DNA from: Aromatoleum sp.
Lineage (GTDB): Bacteria; Pseudomonadota; Gammaproteobacteria; Burkholderiales; Rhodocyclaceae
DNA length: 64,000 nucleotides
Assembly: GCF_032027225.1 (NCBI RefSeq)
Contig: NZ_JAVSMM010000015.1
Coordinates: 20,093 to 84,092 of the forward strand
Direction: 5' to 3'
Position numbers and translations under genes: made by a program. Below are positions 21,069 to 30,444 of the stretch, one piece after another. Numbering within the stretch: the first letter of the stretch is position 1; every line of letters begins with the position of its first letter. The notes below the pieces were generated by a model that was given only the letters and a program-made list of their open reading frames with translations, made no database searches and was not told where the DNA came from.

Positions 21069-21623
21069 GCAGTGTGGGTCTTGAGACTATCTGACCCTGT
21101 CATCTTCCAGTATCGGTCCGCAATGGATAAACCCGTGTTGCGTTGAACCGAGAATGCACTATCAACGCAGTGCGTTGACTTGGAAGTGATGTAACGGGCA
21201 GGGCGTCCATGATGATCGCGGTACTTGACATTACCGCGCAAATGAGAGAAATCGCGCGCTCCACCGTGCAGCGTCGCGTTGGAGTCAGGTAGTACCGGTA
21301 CGGCCGCCAACACCCGCGGTTGTCGCCTATGAGCATCCGGTCCAAACCAATGCAAAAGATTCGATCGGGAAATGTGACCTCCATTCTTCAGGAAGTGAGC
21401 GCTTCCCGATTGGGTCGGTAGAATACGCTTGGGCCGGACCTCAAACAGGGTTCGGAGCCTGCCGGACTGGAACACCCAGCTCGGCGTGGTCGACGGCGAG
21501 CTCCAGACCTTCTTCATCTTTGCGTGCGTTTAAGCGCGTCGTCCTCAGGCTTCGCCCCTTCTCCCAAGCGCCAAAGAAACGAGCACTGGCTGGCGATTCA
21601 GTCCCAGCGGAACAATATCGGCG

Positions 21624-21669
21624 TTATCCACAGCCAATCCACAGCGCTCCCCACACCAATTGTGGACAA
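21624..21669 (+). promoter_or_regulatory. cluster of DnaA-box-like 9-mers in the non-coding region at the ICE edge
   Basis: TTATCCACA (21624-21632, perfect consensus), CAATCCACA (21635-21643), CTCCCCACA (21647-21655), and inverted TGTGGACAA (21661-21669, one mismatch to TGTGGATAA). Confidence 0.4.
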
Positions 21670-22030
21670 TCTGCGCGCAGATCAAGATGGCGGACGGCGG
21701 AACAGATTCGCACGGCCACGCCTGCTTCTTGTGTAGGATCTACCCCTCGATGGTCTCGATCTGGAAGCCTCGCAGGCGGATTACGTGTCGGGTCACCGTG
21801 AACAGCGTGACGTGAGGCGACGGTTGCAACCGAGGAACTGGTGGGTTGCCGGGTGACGGGGAAACGGGACGAAGGTCCAATTCCCATCCTTGGTGCAACC
21901 TGACATCCGAAGGGGGTACACCGAACGCGGACACCACTGGTGCCGACGAGATGGGGCACGACTGCGCTGGTGTGCTGCCGGTTGTGACTGGCCGACCTAA
22001 GCGCGAATGGGATGAGACGGCGGGAATGGT

Positions 22031-22447
22031 CTAGGTGCCGTTGGCAGCCGCCTCGCTGGGTGATCCCGCGAGCTCGCGCTTGGGCTTGTACTCGACGCCC
22101 GCGACCCGGCCTAGGCACAGGGTGACGTCGTCGGCAGTGACCTGGAAGCTCGGCACCTTGTCCGAGGCGCCGTCGGGCGAGTACATGAACTGCTTGAGCA
22201 CGCCTTCGACCTGGACGCGCGCGCCTCGTCGCAGCAAGCGCGCTGCGTCCTCGCCGCGCTGGCCCCACAGCGACACGCTCATCCAGAATCCGCCGACCTG
22301 CTGATACGCGTCATTGGCCTGGTCGTAGGCATAGTCGTCAAAAAACACTCGCATCTCGGCGACGACCTCGTCCGCGCCCTTGACGGGCACGTGCTTGAGG
22401 ATGGGTGTATCGCCGAGATTGCCTTTCCCGCGAAATACATTCGGCAT
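22031..22447 (-). CDS. ssb: single-stranded DNA-binding protein (ICE-type SSB)
   Basis: 138 aa OB-fold pattern: NVFRGKGNLGDTPILKHV...FWMSVSLWGQRGEDAARLLRRGARVQVEGVLKQ. Position is typical of this ICE family. Confidence 0.8.
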   Translation of the reverse strand: MPNVFRGKGNLGDTPILKHVPVKGADEVVAEMRVFFDDYAYDQANDAYQQVGGFWMSVSLWGQRGEDAARLLRRGARVQVEGVLKQFMYSPDGASDKVPSFQVTADDVTLCLGRVAGVEYKPKRELAGSPSEAAANGT

Positions 22448-22516
22448 GATGCTCTCCTTGGGCGTCAGGGAAGAACACGGCGGCGGCCGACGCCGGTGGC
22501 GCGACCGCGTGAAACT

Positions 22517-22975
22517 CTATGGATTGCGCTCGCGGGCATGCCGCAGGGCGAGCCGCGCCTCGATCTCGCGCCGATTGAGCTCGATCGCACACCGGTGGAT
22601 GCGCTCGTACCACTCGCGCAGCGCCCCGGGAAGCTGGACGAAGCGGGCGTGGATCACGCCCCACGCGATGTGACCCGCGCGGGCCCCGGCGCCTGCCGCC
22701 CGCCAGCGCAGGTGGACCTGGCCGGTGTCCTTGCGCCGATGCACCGCAAGATAGAAGGTTCGCCCCCGCACCTGGCGTGTCAGCCGCGACAACTCCTCCT
22801 GTTGGCGGTGAATGCTTGCAACACGGACCTGCGCCTGTCGCACATCCGCCGGAGTCCCTCCCCTACCCGTAAAGGCCTTTGTGTCAGCATCCTGTTGACA
22901 AGGCGGACTGCCGCAGCGCCGGTCGATGACGTCGGCAGCCCCCGGCGGATCGGGTTGTGCCAGGTTGTTCACCAA
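22517..22975 (-). CDS. ICE conserved hypothetical protein (DUF3158-like by position)
   Basis: ORF between the PFL_4669-like gene and ssb, as in related ICEs. Only GTG/TTG starts are available, so the 5' end is uncertain. Confidence 0.45.
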   Translation of the reverse strand: MVNNLAQPDPPGAADVIDRRCGSPPCQQDADTKAFTGRGGTPADVRQAQVRVASIHRQQEELSRLTRQVRGRTFYLAVHRRKDTGQVHLRWRAAGAGARAGHIAWGVIHARFVQLPGALREWYERIHRCAIELNRREIEARLALRHARERNP

Positions 22976-22981
22976 CGCACC

Positions 22982-24127
22982 TCAGTCGACCAGCCCATCA
23001 TCGGTTGCCTCATCGCCTGCTGCACCGCGTTCCGAATCGATGGCCGCGATGTCGGCAGCCACGCGCTCGAGCATGGCCTTCTCGGTCTCCGAAATCGCGA
23101 TCCGACGCTGAGAGTGGCGCGAGATCGGGTGACCTGCATAGATGCCGGCTGGCACAGCACCGAAGATGCCGGTGACGGCTGCGACACGTTTCTGCGCAGT
23201 GGCGTCCGCCCCAGGCAGGAAGTCGGCGCGGCTGAGTGCCAGCAGGTCCGGCTTGGTGAGCCAGCTCTCGAACCGGATGAATTCCTCGAATGCCGCGCGC
23301 ATCGGCCGGGTGAATTGCCGGATCGCGTCATGCGCCTCCTTGTCGGAGAACAAGGCCTTGCGGCCGAGCGTTTTGACCACCCGGACGTAGTAGTCGAACT
23401 CCACGATCAGTTCGGCGATGACGTACCCGTAGGGGCTGCGAAAGCCGAGTTCCAGGACCTTCGGCTCGCGCGACTTGAGGATGCCGAAACCGAGTCCCTT
23501 GTCGGCGCGCTTCTTGAGTTCGGCGCTGAACAGCTGTGACTGGCGCTCAAGCGCGCGCCTGAGCTCCGGGATCCGGTGATCGGCGCGAAGAAGCGCCCAG
23601 TCCGCGTACGGGTTGTTGTTGCGCGTGAGCGCCCACAATGCTTTCAGGCTCGAGGCCACCCGCTTGCCGCCAGGAATGGCGTTGTAGTGCCCGGCCGGGT
23701 CGCGTCGCCGGCCCATGAACATCCGGAAGCCCTCTTTCGTATGGAGAGTCATGGTGTCGACGCCATCGTCGACCAGCGAGCCGAGATCGCGCAGCTGGGT
23801 CGCGACCGCGGGTTCGACCGTGGCGTCGGCGCCGGCCGTGACGCGGTATTCCGCCTCCATTTGCTGAAGTGTGTCGCAGCGCTGAAGGTAAAGCTCGTAG
23901 CGCGCCCAGCGCGGATCGTGGGGATCGGGGTCGTCGGCGTCGATGAGATCGGCCAGCTTCTCGCGCTCCCTGGCGATGCTATAGCGATCGGGAAACGGGG
24001 AGCGATCGTCAGTCTCGAAGAGGATTGGGGTGCCACCCGGGAAGACGGGATCAAGGAGTCCGGGCTGATCGTCGGCGGGAGCCGGGGAGGATCGAGGAAG
24101 CGGTGAGGCGATCGGATCGGAGGGCAT
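22982..24127 (-). CDS. ICE protein, PFL_4669 family-like (TIGR03761-type)
   Basis: 381 aa. The conserved core TMTLHTKEGFRMFMGRRRDPAG...LKALWALTRNNNPYADWALL plus synteny (downstream of parAB/DUF2857, upstream of ssb). Confidence 0.55.
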   Translation of the reverse strand: MPSDPIASPLPRSSPAPADDQPGLLDPVFPGGTPILFETDDRSPFPDRYSIAREREKLADLIDADDPDPHDPRWARYELYLQRCDTLQQMEAEYRVTAGADATVEPAVATQLRDLGSLVDDGVDTMTLHTKEGFRMFMGRRRDPAGHYNAIPGGKRVASSLKALWALTRNNNPYADWALLRADHRIPELRRALERQSQLFSAELKKRADKGLGFGILKSREPKVLELGFRSPYGYVIAELIVEFDYYVRVVKTLGRKALFSDKEAHDAIRQFTRPMRAAFEEFIRFESWLTKPDLLALSRADFLPGADATAQKRVAAVTGIFGAVPAGIYAGHPISRHSQRRIAISETEKAMLERVAADIAAIDSERGAAGDEATDDGLVD

Positions 24128-24136
24128 GGTCTTCCT

Positions 24137-24535
24137 CTAGGTGGCGTGGGAGAGGTCGCCCGCGGGCGGCTCAACGTGTTGCAGTTGGGCCAGCGCCGGG
24201 ATGGGTGTGAAGCCGGGCAGGAAGTCGCATTCGGGAAGCGGGCGGCGCAAGAGCTGACGCAGTGCCACCACATCGACGGTGTACGCGCCGGTGGCGCGGC
24301 TGAGCTTGCGACTGCCGATCAGGCCGCGCTCTTCGAGGCGCAGCAAGGCGCGCTGGACGACCTGATGTCCCAGCAGCGTGTAACCGGCCAGTGTGCGGCT
24401 GGAGATGCGTACGGGAGCGCGCTCTGCCCCCCGCCACAGCAGGGCGAAGAGGACCGCCGTGGCAGCGTAGTCGCCGTTCAGGCGAACGAGCACCTCGAGG
24501 GTGATCTGCGGCGCGGAAGAGAGGTTTCCGGACAT
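24137..24535 (-). CDS. small winged-helix DNA-binding protein (ICE regulator candidate)
   Basis: 132 aa from ATG 24535. ...RISSRTLAGYTLLGHQVVQRALLRLEERGLIGSRK resembles MarR/wHTH recognition helices. The iteron array lies immediately upstream. Confidence 0.5.
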   Translation of the reverse strand: MSGNLSSAPQITLEVLVRLNGDYAATAVLFALLWRGAERAPVRISSRTLAGYTLLGHQVVQRALLRLEERGLIGSRKLSRATGAYTVDVVALRQLLRRPLPECDFLPGFTPIPALAQLQHVEPPAGDLSHAT

Positions 24536-24583
24536 CGGTGAAGCGCGGCTGATTGAGGGAGTCCCCGCAAGAAGCGCATTGCA

Positions 24584-24676
24584 CTGGGTCGAACGAATCC
24601 AGCGGCAATGGCATGCGTGCTGGGTCGGATGAATCCAGCGCTTACGGTGTTGACGCTGGGTTGGAAGAATCCAGAT
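24584..24676. repeat. three 21-bp direct repeats (iteron-like), exactly 36-bp period
   Basis: CTGGGTCGAACGAATCCAGCG (24584-24604), CTGGGTCGGATGAATCCAGCG (24620-24640), CTGGGTTGGAAGAATCCAGAT (24656-24676). Each has an internal dyad CTGGGT..ATCCAG. Confidence 0.85.
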
Positions 24677-25235
24677 GCTCGATGCCCTCGGCGTCCGCAT
24701 CGAACTCGTGCACCACGTGCCACAGAGTGGCGATGGAATGGTCGGGGAAAGCGCGATGCAGCTCCACGAACTGACGCTGCGGCGGACACATGCATCGAAT
24801 GCTGGACCAGGCGTTGTGGACTGCCTCGCGTACACTCGGATCGGGAAGCGCCGGTCGTCCGCGCGGCGGCGGATCGGGGCACAGCAGCGCGCGTTGCTGC
24901 TGAATCTCGGCCAGCGTCATTTTGAAGAGGTGAACCAGCAGCGGGGGCTGGGCGCCGTGCATGACGTGATATTCCATCAGCTGCCGCATCTCTGCGATCG
25001 CGCAGTGCCGTCGATACGCAGCCTCGAGCGTTGCGGGATCAAAATGAATGCGGACATCGAGCTGTGGCATGCCGGCGATGGATGCGAGGTCGCGGGCGGA
25101 CGCGGCACGCAGGGTGTCGAGGATGTCGGGGCTGAGCCCGGCCTCGAGCAGCGTCTGCAGCTCGCCGGTGTCGAGCAGGTGAATGAGATGCGACAGCAGG
25201 GCGTACCGCAGTTGCTCGCTTCTTATCGGAATCAT
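24642..25235 (-). CDS. ICE conserved protein (DUF2857-like by position and size)
   Basis: 197 aa from ATG 25235 (GGAGGA RBS, 10 nt after the parB stop): MIPIRSEQLRYALLSHLIHLLDTGELQTLLEAGLSPDILDTLR. The track ORF extends to 25724, but that part is Arg-rich and overlaps parB. Confidence 0.55.
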   Translation of the reverse strand: MIPIRSEQLRYALLSHLIHLLDTGELQTLLEAGLSPDILDTLRAASARDLASIAGMPQLDVRIHFDPATLEAAYRRHCAIAEMRQLMEYHVMHGAQPPLLVHLFKMTLAEIQQQRALLCPDPPPRGRPALPDPSVREAVHNAWSSIRCMCPPQRQFVELHRAFPDHSIATLWHVVHEFDADAEGIEHLDSSNPASTP

Positions 25236-25245
25236 CTCGCTCCTC

Positions 25246-26706
25246 CTACTCCTCCTCGACGCTGGGCGGCTTCTCCGCACATGCGCGGTGGTACGCGTCG
25301 AGGAGCGATCGTGTTGCCGCCCAGGAGGATGGATCACGCAGCAAGGCCACGATGGGGTCGGCCTCCGTCTCGCACCCGCCGGCGCGGATCGACAGCTGCG
25401 CCAGGAGCCGGTGAGCGGCCACGCGCCCAAGCTGCCCCGTCTCTTCCGGGTCGCCGTGCGCCGTGGGCAAGGGCTCGACACAGAATCCTTGCGGCTGAGC
25501 GGGGTCCACGCGGATGCAGTCGGACAGCCGGAACACACGGGCGAAGTCCGCGATCCGCTTCGAAAGGCGTATCCCTGTCCGCGTGTGCCAGCCCTTTCGC
25601 GTCGGCAGCGGGGCTGCTGCCGCCCCGCGCTCCGCCGCGTCTGTCGCATCCGACACCGTGTCGTATGGCGGCAACTCGCACAGGAGACGGCGGATCTCCG
25701 AATCCGGCAATTGCCTATCGGCACCGGCGAGCTGCAGCGCGGCGCGCTCCGCAGCGGCCGGCGTGCATTGTGCGAGCGTCGCGAACAGCGAGGTCATGCG
25801 GGAGAGGATCGTCTCCACCTCGTCCTTGCACAGTCGCGGCGGATCGTCCATCTCCCGGCCCGCGTTGATCTCCGTGGCAAGGTCGGCCACGAGCTCCTCG
25901 AATGCAGTCTGGCGCACCAGGGGATCCAGATTGAGTGCGTTTGCGAGCTTGTCGAGGCAGCCGAAGCGGGAGCGAATGGCGGCGGTGCTCTCGTGCGTGA
26001 GGTGCAAGCCGATCGGGGCCAGGTAATCGATGGCGAAGAGGTAGTTGGAGGCGGTCACGCTGTGGAGCTTCAGGCCGCAGCGTTGGGCGTGCTCGGACAA
26101 TTCGCGCAGGCTCAGCGCTCGCTTAAGCTCGGATTCGAGCTCGCTCTTGAGCAGTGCGGTGCCGCGGGCCTTCTCCCAGAACAGGGTTTCGGCGCGATTC
26201 TCGTTCTCGGCCAAGTGGGCCGCGATGACATCGGCCTCGCTCAGCCACCGATGCACGACGACGCGAATCCACTCGTAGCGGGCATCGTGCGTTTCGAGCC
26301 ATAGCTCCTGGACGATCTGCAGGCGCGTATTGCCGCCGAAATAGCACATGTAGCGGCTGGCGCCCGGCCTGCGCGTCACGCTCAGCGCATCCTTCAGGCC
26401 ACCCCGGGCTTCGATGGAGGCGCGGATATCGGCATACCGCTTGTTGGTTCGCACACGCGGGTTACGGTCGTAGCAATCGATATCCATGCATCGCAGGAGC
26501 ATCCAGCCGTCGACATCCTCGCCGGGCTGGAGGTCGGCCGCGGCGTTGGCCGCTTCCTTCAGGGCCAGGCTGTGTTGAACGAGCAGCGCGCGACGCTCGC
26601 CGGTTGTGGCATTCGAGGCAGGCGCCTGCAGCTTTCCGCGCTTTTCCATGTGCTGGGCCAGTTCCTTGACGGAAATGGAGTCAGGCAATCGCGTTCTGGA
26701 CGTCAT
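25246..26706 (-). CDS. parB: ParB-family protein, ICE PFGI-1 class
   Basis: ParB N-terminal domain pattern: DIDCYDRNPRVRTNKRYADIRASIEARGGLKDALSVTRRPGASRYMCYFGGNTRLQIVQEL ... AAHLAENENRAETLFWEKA. The start is either ATG 26706 (overlaps the parA end) or ATG 26649. Confidence 0.8.
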   Translation of the reverse strand: MTSRTRLPDSISVKELAQHMEKRGKLQAPASNATTGERRALLVQHSLALKEAANAAADLQPGEDVDGWMLLRCMDIDCYDRNPRVRTNKRYADIRASIEARGGLKDALSVTRRPGASRYMCYFGGNTRLQIVQELWLETHDARYEWIRVVVHRWLSEADVIAAHLAENENRAETLFWEKARGTALLKSELESELKRALSLRELSEHAQRCGLKLHSVTASNYLFAIDYLAPIGLHLTHESTAAIRSRFGCLDKLANALNLDPLVRQTAFEELVADLATEINAGREMDDPPRLCKDEVETILSRMTSLFATLAQCTPAAAERAALQLAGADRQLPDSEIRRLLCELPPYDTVSDATDAAERGAAAAPLPTRKGWHTRTGIRLSKRIADFARVFRLSDCIRVDPAQPQGFCVEPLPTAHGDPEETGQLGRVAAHRLLAQLSIRAGGCETEADPIVALLRDPSSWAATRSLLDAYHRACAEKPPSVEEE

Positions 26707-27586
26707 GGCCGTCGACGACCTCGCTGAGAGCTTCGGGCGGCACACCGGCGCGGGTGCCGTCGAGGCTCGGAATGAGCTCCCACAGGAGCGCATGCATTGC
26801 AGGACTCGCCTTGACCGGGTCGATCCAGTGCACCGGGACCTGGGCGGTGGCGGCATTGCGGTACGCAACGGCGTGCGGTATGACCGTTTTCAGGAGCAGA
26901 ACCTTGCACTTGAGCTGCTGATAGCTCTCGCGAATCGCCAAGCCGATCTCGCGTGCATCGCGGGTGTGTTCGTGGCGGTAGATGATCGCCAGCATTTGCG
27001 GCACGGAGATGCCGAATGCAGCCGCCGTTTCAACGCGGTTCAGCAGTTCCTGGGTGCCCGACAGGAACTCGCGCGCCGAGAGGATATCGGGCGAGATCGG
27101 CGAAAGGAGCACATCGGCTGCCAGCACTGCGGCATCCTGAAGGTGGCCTACCGCGCCCTGGGTATCGATGAGCACGACATCGTAATGCTCCTGCAGCAGC
27201 GGACTGCGCAAGGCGAGTTTGATGCGCAGCGCGCTGTCCATGCGTGGCGCGAGCCAGTCTTGGAGCGTCCCCTGTGGCGCATCGGAGATGACGATGTCCA
27301 AGTAACCGTTCGGGTTGAGCTGCGGCTGGCGCCGCAATGGCACGGGCGCGAGCGCGAAATCAATGGTCGAAATGCAGTCGTCGGTGAGCGCACCTTGCTT
27401 GATCATTTGCGTCAGTCCATGCCGCGCCCGCTTGGCAATGGGGTAATAGCGACTCAGGCTCGGCTGCACATCGGCATCGATGAGCAGGACACGCATGCCG
27501 ATGTCGGCGAGCAGCGCGCCGAGATTGGCGGTCAGGGTGGACTTCCCGACACCACCTTTGGTCGATACGGTGGCGTAGACGATCAT
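26681..27586 (-). CDS. parA: ParA/Soj partition ATPase
   Basis: MIVYATVSTKGGVGKSTLTANLGALLADIGMRVLLIDADVQPS (deviant Walker A) and VVLIDTQG. Confidence 0.9.
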   Translation of the reverse strand: MIVYATVSTKGGVGKSTLTANLGALLADIGMRVLLIDADVQPSLSRYYPIAKRARHGLTQMIKQGALTDDCISTIDFALAPVPLRRQPQLNPNGYLDIVISDAPQGTLQDWLAPRMDSALRIKLALRSPLLQEHYDVVLIDTQGAVGHLQDAAVLAADVLLSPISPDILSAREFLSGTQELLNRVETAAAFGISVPQMLAIIYRHEHTRDAREIGLAIRESYQQLKCKVLLLKTVIPHAVAYRNAATAQVPVHWIDPVKASPAMHALLWELIPSLDGTRAGVPPEALSEVVDGHDVQNAIA

Positions 27587-27832
27587 GCGATCACCTCCGG
27601 TGAATCAACGGCGAGCAGGGGACGAAAGCGAGGGAAGAGCTTGAGTGTCGGCGTGGTGAAGCTGCGACACAGGCGCATGAAGCGACGAGGGCGTCCCGGA
27701 TGGAATGGAGCTTGTCGTATCCAGAATCGAACATCATTCGCAGCTTGTCAACGCGGAAACATACTGAAACACGCAAGTTGCATGGGGACTTGATCCCCGG
27801 TTGAGTCGGTCTCGCGACCGCGGGCGGGTGGA

Positions 27833-29980
27833 TCACGAGGACGCTCCAGACGGTTCGGACGACTTAGGATCGAGGAACGGGACCACGCTCGGATTCGACG
27901 GCGGAACAGGATTGAACCAGCGCTCGGGGTGCTGGATCACGACCGCGGCAAGTTTTCCTACGCGCTTGCCGCCGCGGCCGATTACGCCGAAGTGATGAAC
28001 GTTCGAGTTTCCGGGGCCGACCAGGTGCCAGTGCGCCTTGATGACCTGGCGCTGGATGCCGATACCCTGTTTGTCGGATGGGCTTGTGCCGGGGTCCAAC
28101 CCATTTCCGTCATCGCCGTAGAGCACTGCGAACTCGCGGAAAGTCCGCGGGGAGACCAGCGCCATCCCTTCGGGTACGAAATGGACGGGCGCGCCCGCTT
28201 CGTTGTAGGGGATGGAACCGTCTGCGATGCCCTGTTGCACCCAGGCCATGAAGCGGCAGGCTGCATCGCCGGGCTCCTCGTGACCCGACTTGCCGCCGTC
28301 GGCATCCGTCTTCGGCACGGACACGAACGGGGTGACGGGCCGGGTCGCCGGTGGCAGGCGGCCGTGTTTTCTGGGTGCGGCAGCGGCGGCCGTCGCCGAT
28401 TCGTCATTCGAGAGGAATTCGTCGTTTCGACTGGGCGCTGTGGCAGTGCCCGGCACCTCACATTCCTTGGTTTCGCTTTTGATCCCCTCGCTCGTCGGCT
28501 GTTCATGACCAGGGGATCGCTTGACGGCTGCACGGGTGGGCTTCGGGGGCGGAACGGGAGATGGCGGAGGCAGGAAACCCGAGGCGCGTTGCCGCTCGGG
28601 GTGCGCATCTCCCGTCTTTGGTGCGCCGCTCAAGCGGTCGCCCGGCGGCTCGTCGGGTCGCGTGCTCCGTGTCTTGCCCCGTGGTATGACGACGAAATCG
28701 CCGTCGAACTCGGACGGGTAGTCGTCCGCCGAGTCAAAAAGCTTCGCCAAGGGGAACTTCAGCATCGCGAACTCGTGCGTATACCCCTCGCCGCGGACCT
28801 CCACGTACCAGATCGCCTGACCGGTATCGGGGTTGCACTCGAGCAGGCCGTAGTCCTGCCAGCTGTCGAACAACCGGTCGTTCTTGGCCGGACCCGGGAT
28901 GCTCGCGCCGTCGTCCGGATGGGCGCGCGCGATCTCTTCCCGTACGGTGTCCGCGAGCCGCTTCGCCACGAACCAGGCTGCGCCAGCGCCGATCCAGCCT
29001 GCCGCACCATCGCGGTTAAGCGGCAATGCACCTTGGCGCAGCAGCCGGCGCATGGCGTCCATCAGCTGGTCGACCAGCGGGACGGCTGTCGCAGTCGTAA
29101 ACTGGTTGCGTGGCCCCTGCTGCAGGTTGCTCGCGGCCGATTGGCGATCCGCTTGGCGCACGATCTCGGCCAGCACCCCGGTCGCATCATCCCCCGACCA
29201 GGCAGCCTCGAGCTCGCGCATGACTGACGGTTCGCGCGCCACAAAGGCCAGGGCTGTTGCAGGGACGATCCTTGGCGCCAGCACCAGCGGCAGGCGACGG
29301 TGCGCACCGTAGTTGCGTTCGGACTTCGGCGCGAATCGCACCTCATATTCGACCGCGGCGGCGCTCGGCATGTCGCCGCATACCGGCAGCCAGGGTCGTC
29401 CCGGGCCGTCTGGCCGTTCGGCGATGCTGATCCGCAGGTCGGTGATCGTTTTGCCGACGTCGTGGAGCAGCGCGGCGAGGATCACGGAGTAAGTCCAATG
29501 ATCGCGCTGCGCGTCGATCACCTCGGCGGCGCCACCTTTGGGCAGCAGGTATCCACTGCGCAAGGTGACCGCCGCACGGATAACTTCAATTGTGTGGGCG
29601 GCCAGCCCGCCAACGTGGGCGTGGTGATGCGCCTCGCTCGCCGGCAGAAGCTGGACGAACTGCAGGTAGCGGAGGATCGCCGGCGCAATGTCGCGATCCC
29701 ACGCGGTTTGGCTCAGCTTCGATTCGCGATGGATTTGTTGCAATGCGTTCGAAAGCTTGCACACCTGGACCAGCACCGGCGCGTCGAGCACCCTGAGCCA
29801 GCCCGTTCGGTTTGCCGCCAATCCAGGGGCGGCACCGGTGGCCGGCGTCCCCGCGCTCGCCTGCTTGGCGTCGATATCGGCCCGACGTTGCCACAACCCC
29901 CGTTCGCGGCGGATAAACCAGCCTAGCCAGCCGCTCAGTGCTGCCGCAGCCAGGAAACATGCGCCAGCCAGCTCGATCAT
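27833..29980 (-). CDS. traI: MOBH-type conjugative relaxase TraI (HD-domain, PFGI-1 class)
   Basis: HD-domain motifs HHHAHVGGLAAHTIEV and AALLHDVGK. The C-terminal TraI_2_C-like region reads FMAWVQQGIADGSIPYNEAGAPVHFVPEGMALVSPRTFREF...IQRQVIKAHW. ATG 29980 follows the upstream gene's stop (29986). Confidence 0.75.
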   Translation of the reverse strand: MIELAGACFLAAAALSGWLGWFIRRERGLWQRRADIDAKQASAGTPATGAAPGLAANRTGWLRVLDAPVLVQVCKLSNALQQIHRESKLSQTAWDRDIAPAILRYLQFVQLLPASEAHHHAHVGGLAAHTIEVIRAAVTLRSGYLLPKGGAAEVIDAQRDHWTYSVILAALLHDVGKTITDLRISIAERPDGPGRPWLPVCGDMPSAAAVEYEVRFAPKSERNYGAHRRLPLVLAPRIVPATALAFVAREPSVMRELEAAWSGDDATGVLAEIVRQADRQSAASNLQQGPRNQFTTATAVPLVDQLMDAMRRLLRQGALPLNRDGAAGWIGAGAAWFVAKRLADTVREEIARAHPDDGASIPGPAKNDRLFDSWQDYGLLECNPDTGQAIWYVEVRGEGYTHEFAMLKFPLAKLFDSADDYPSEFDGDFVVIPRGKTRSTRPDEPPGDRLSGAPKTGDAHPERQRASGFLPPPSPVPPPKPTRAAVKRSPGHEQPTSEGIKSETKECEVPGTATAPSRNDEFLSNDESATAAAAAPRKHGRLPPATRPVTPFVSVPKTDADGGKSGHEEPGDAACRFMAWVQQGIADGSIPYNEAGAPVHFVPEGMALVSPRTFREFAVLYGDDGNGLDPGTSPSDKQGIGIQRQVIKAHWHLVGPGNSNVHHFGVIGRGGKRVGKLAAVVIQHPERWFNPVPPSNPSVVPFLDPKSSEPSGASS

Positions 29981-29985
29981 GTGGA

Positions 29986-30444
29986 TCAGCCCCGGCGATT
30001 GCGAATCTGGGCTGCACAGAACTGCGCCAGCAGCCAGTTTTGCAGCACTTGCGGCGGCGGCGCTGGCCACTCGGACTCCCATACTTCGACGGTTGTACCT
30101 CTGCAGAACGAGGAGAAGGTCTCCGCCAGCGGCCTCCACTTCTCATCGCCACGTTGCGCGCGGTACCGACAGAACGGCAGCGCAGCCAGATCCGTGGCCA
30201 GCCGGACCGGATCGGCCGGCCGCAGCGCCTCCACGTAGCGCGCCAGCAGATCCCGGACCGTCAGCACCGGATCATCCTCCGGGTAGAGGTACACCTCCAG
30301 GCCGTCGTATCGTCCGAGCCAGCCCAACAGCACGCTGCGCCATCCCGGCTCGCCGAGGCCCTCGAGGAAATGACCGATGGTCACAATGGCCTGGGTGCGG
30401 ACCTCCTGCTGGAGCGGGGAAATCGGCGGGGGTAGATCGTTCAT
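29986..30444 (-). CDS. hypothetical protein, first gene of the relaxase operon
   Basis: 152 aa from ATG 30444 (GGAGGTG 9 nt upstream). Tight spacing to traI. Confidence 0.5.
   Translation of the reverse strand: MNDLPPPISPLQQEVRTQAIVTIGHFLEGLGEPGWRSVLLGWLGRYDGLEVYLYPEDDPVLTVRDLLARYVEALRPADPVRLATDLAALPFCRYRAQRGDEKWRPLAETFSSFCRGTTVEVWESEWPAPPPQVLQNWLLAQFCAAQIRNRRG

Noticed and set aside
20966-21517. 183-aa minus-strand ORF just outside the ssb end of the ICE
   Set aside because: I recognise no family. Its 3' part runs through the chromosomal terminator and into the dehydrogenase gene end, so at best it is a decayed remnant. I kept it only as context for the boundary-region finding.
21070-22030. 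tRNA gene expected as the ICE integration target
   Set aside because: I read both strands for cloverleaf-like segments with a T-loop (GTTCRANNC) and acceptor complementarity and found none. The att-side tRNA is probably at the other end of the element, outside the window.
22391-23539. 382-aa plus-strand ORF across the ICE maintenance genes, and similar ORFs at 24675-25868(+), 25183-26304(+) and 26606-27793(+)
   Set aside because: They lie opposite well-supported minus-strand genes (PFL_4669-like, parB, parA). They have Arg-rich composition and no domain signatures.
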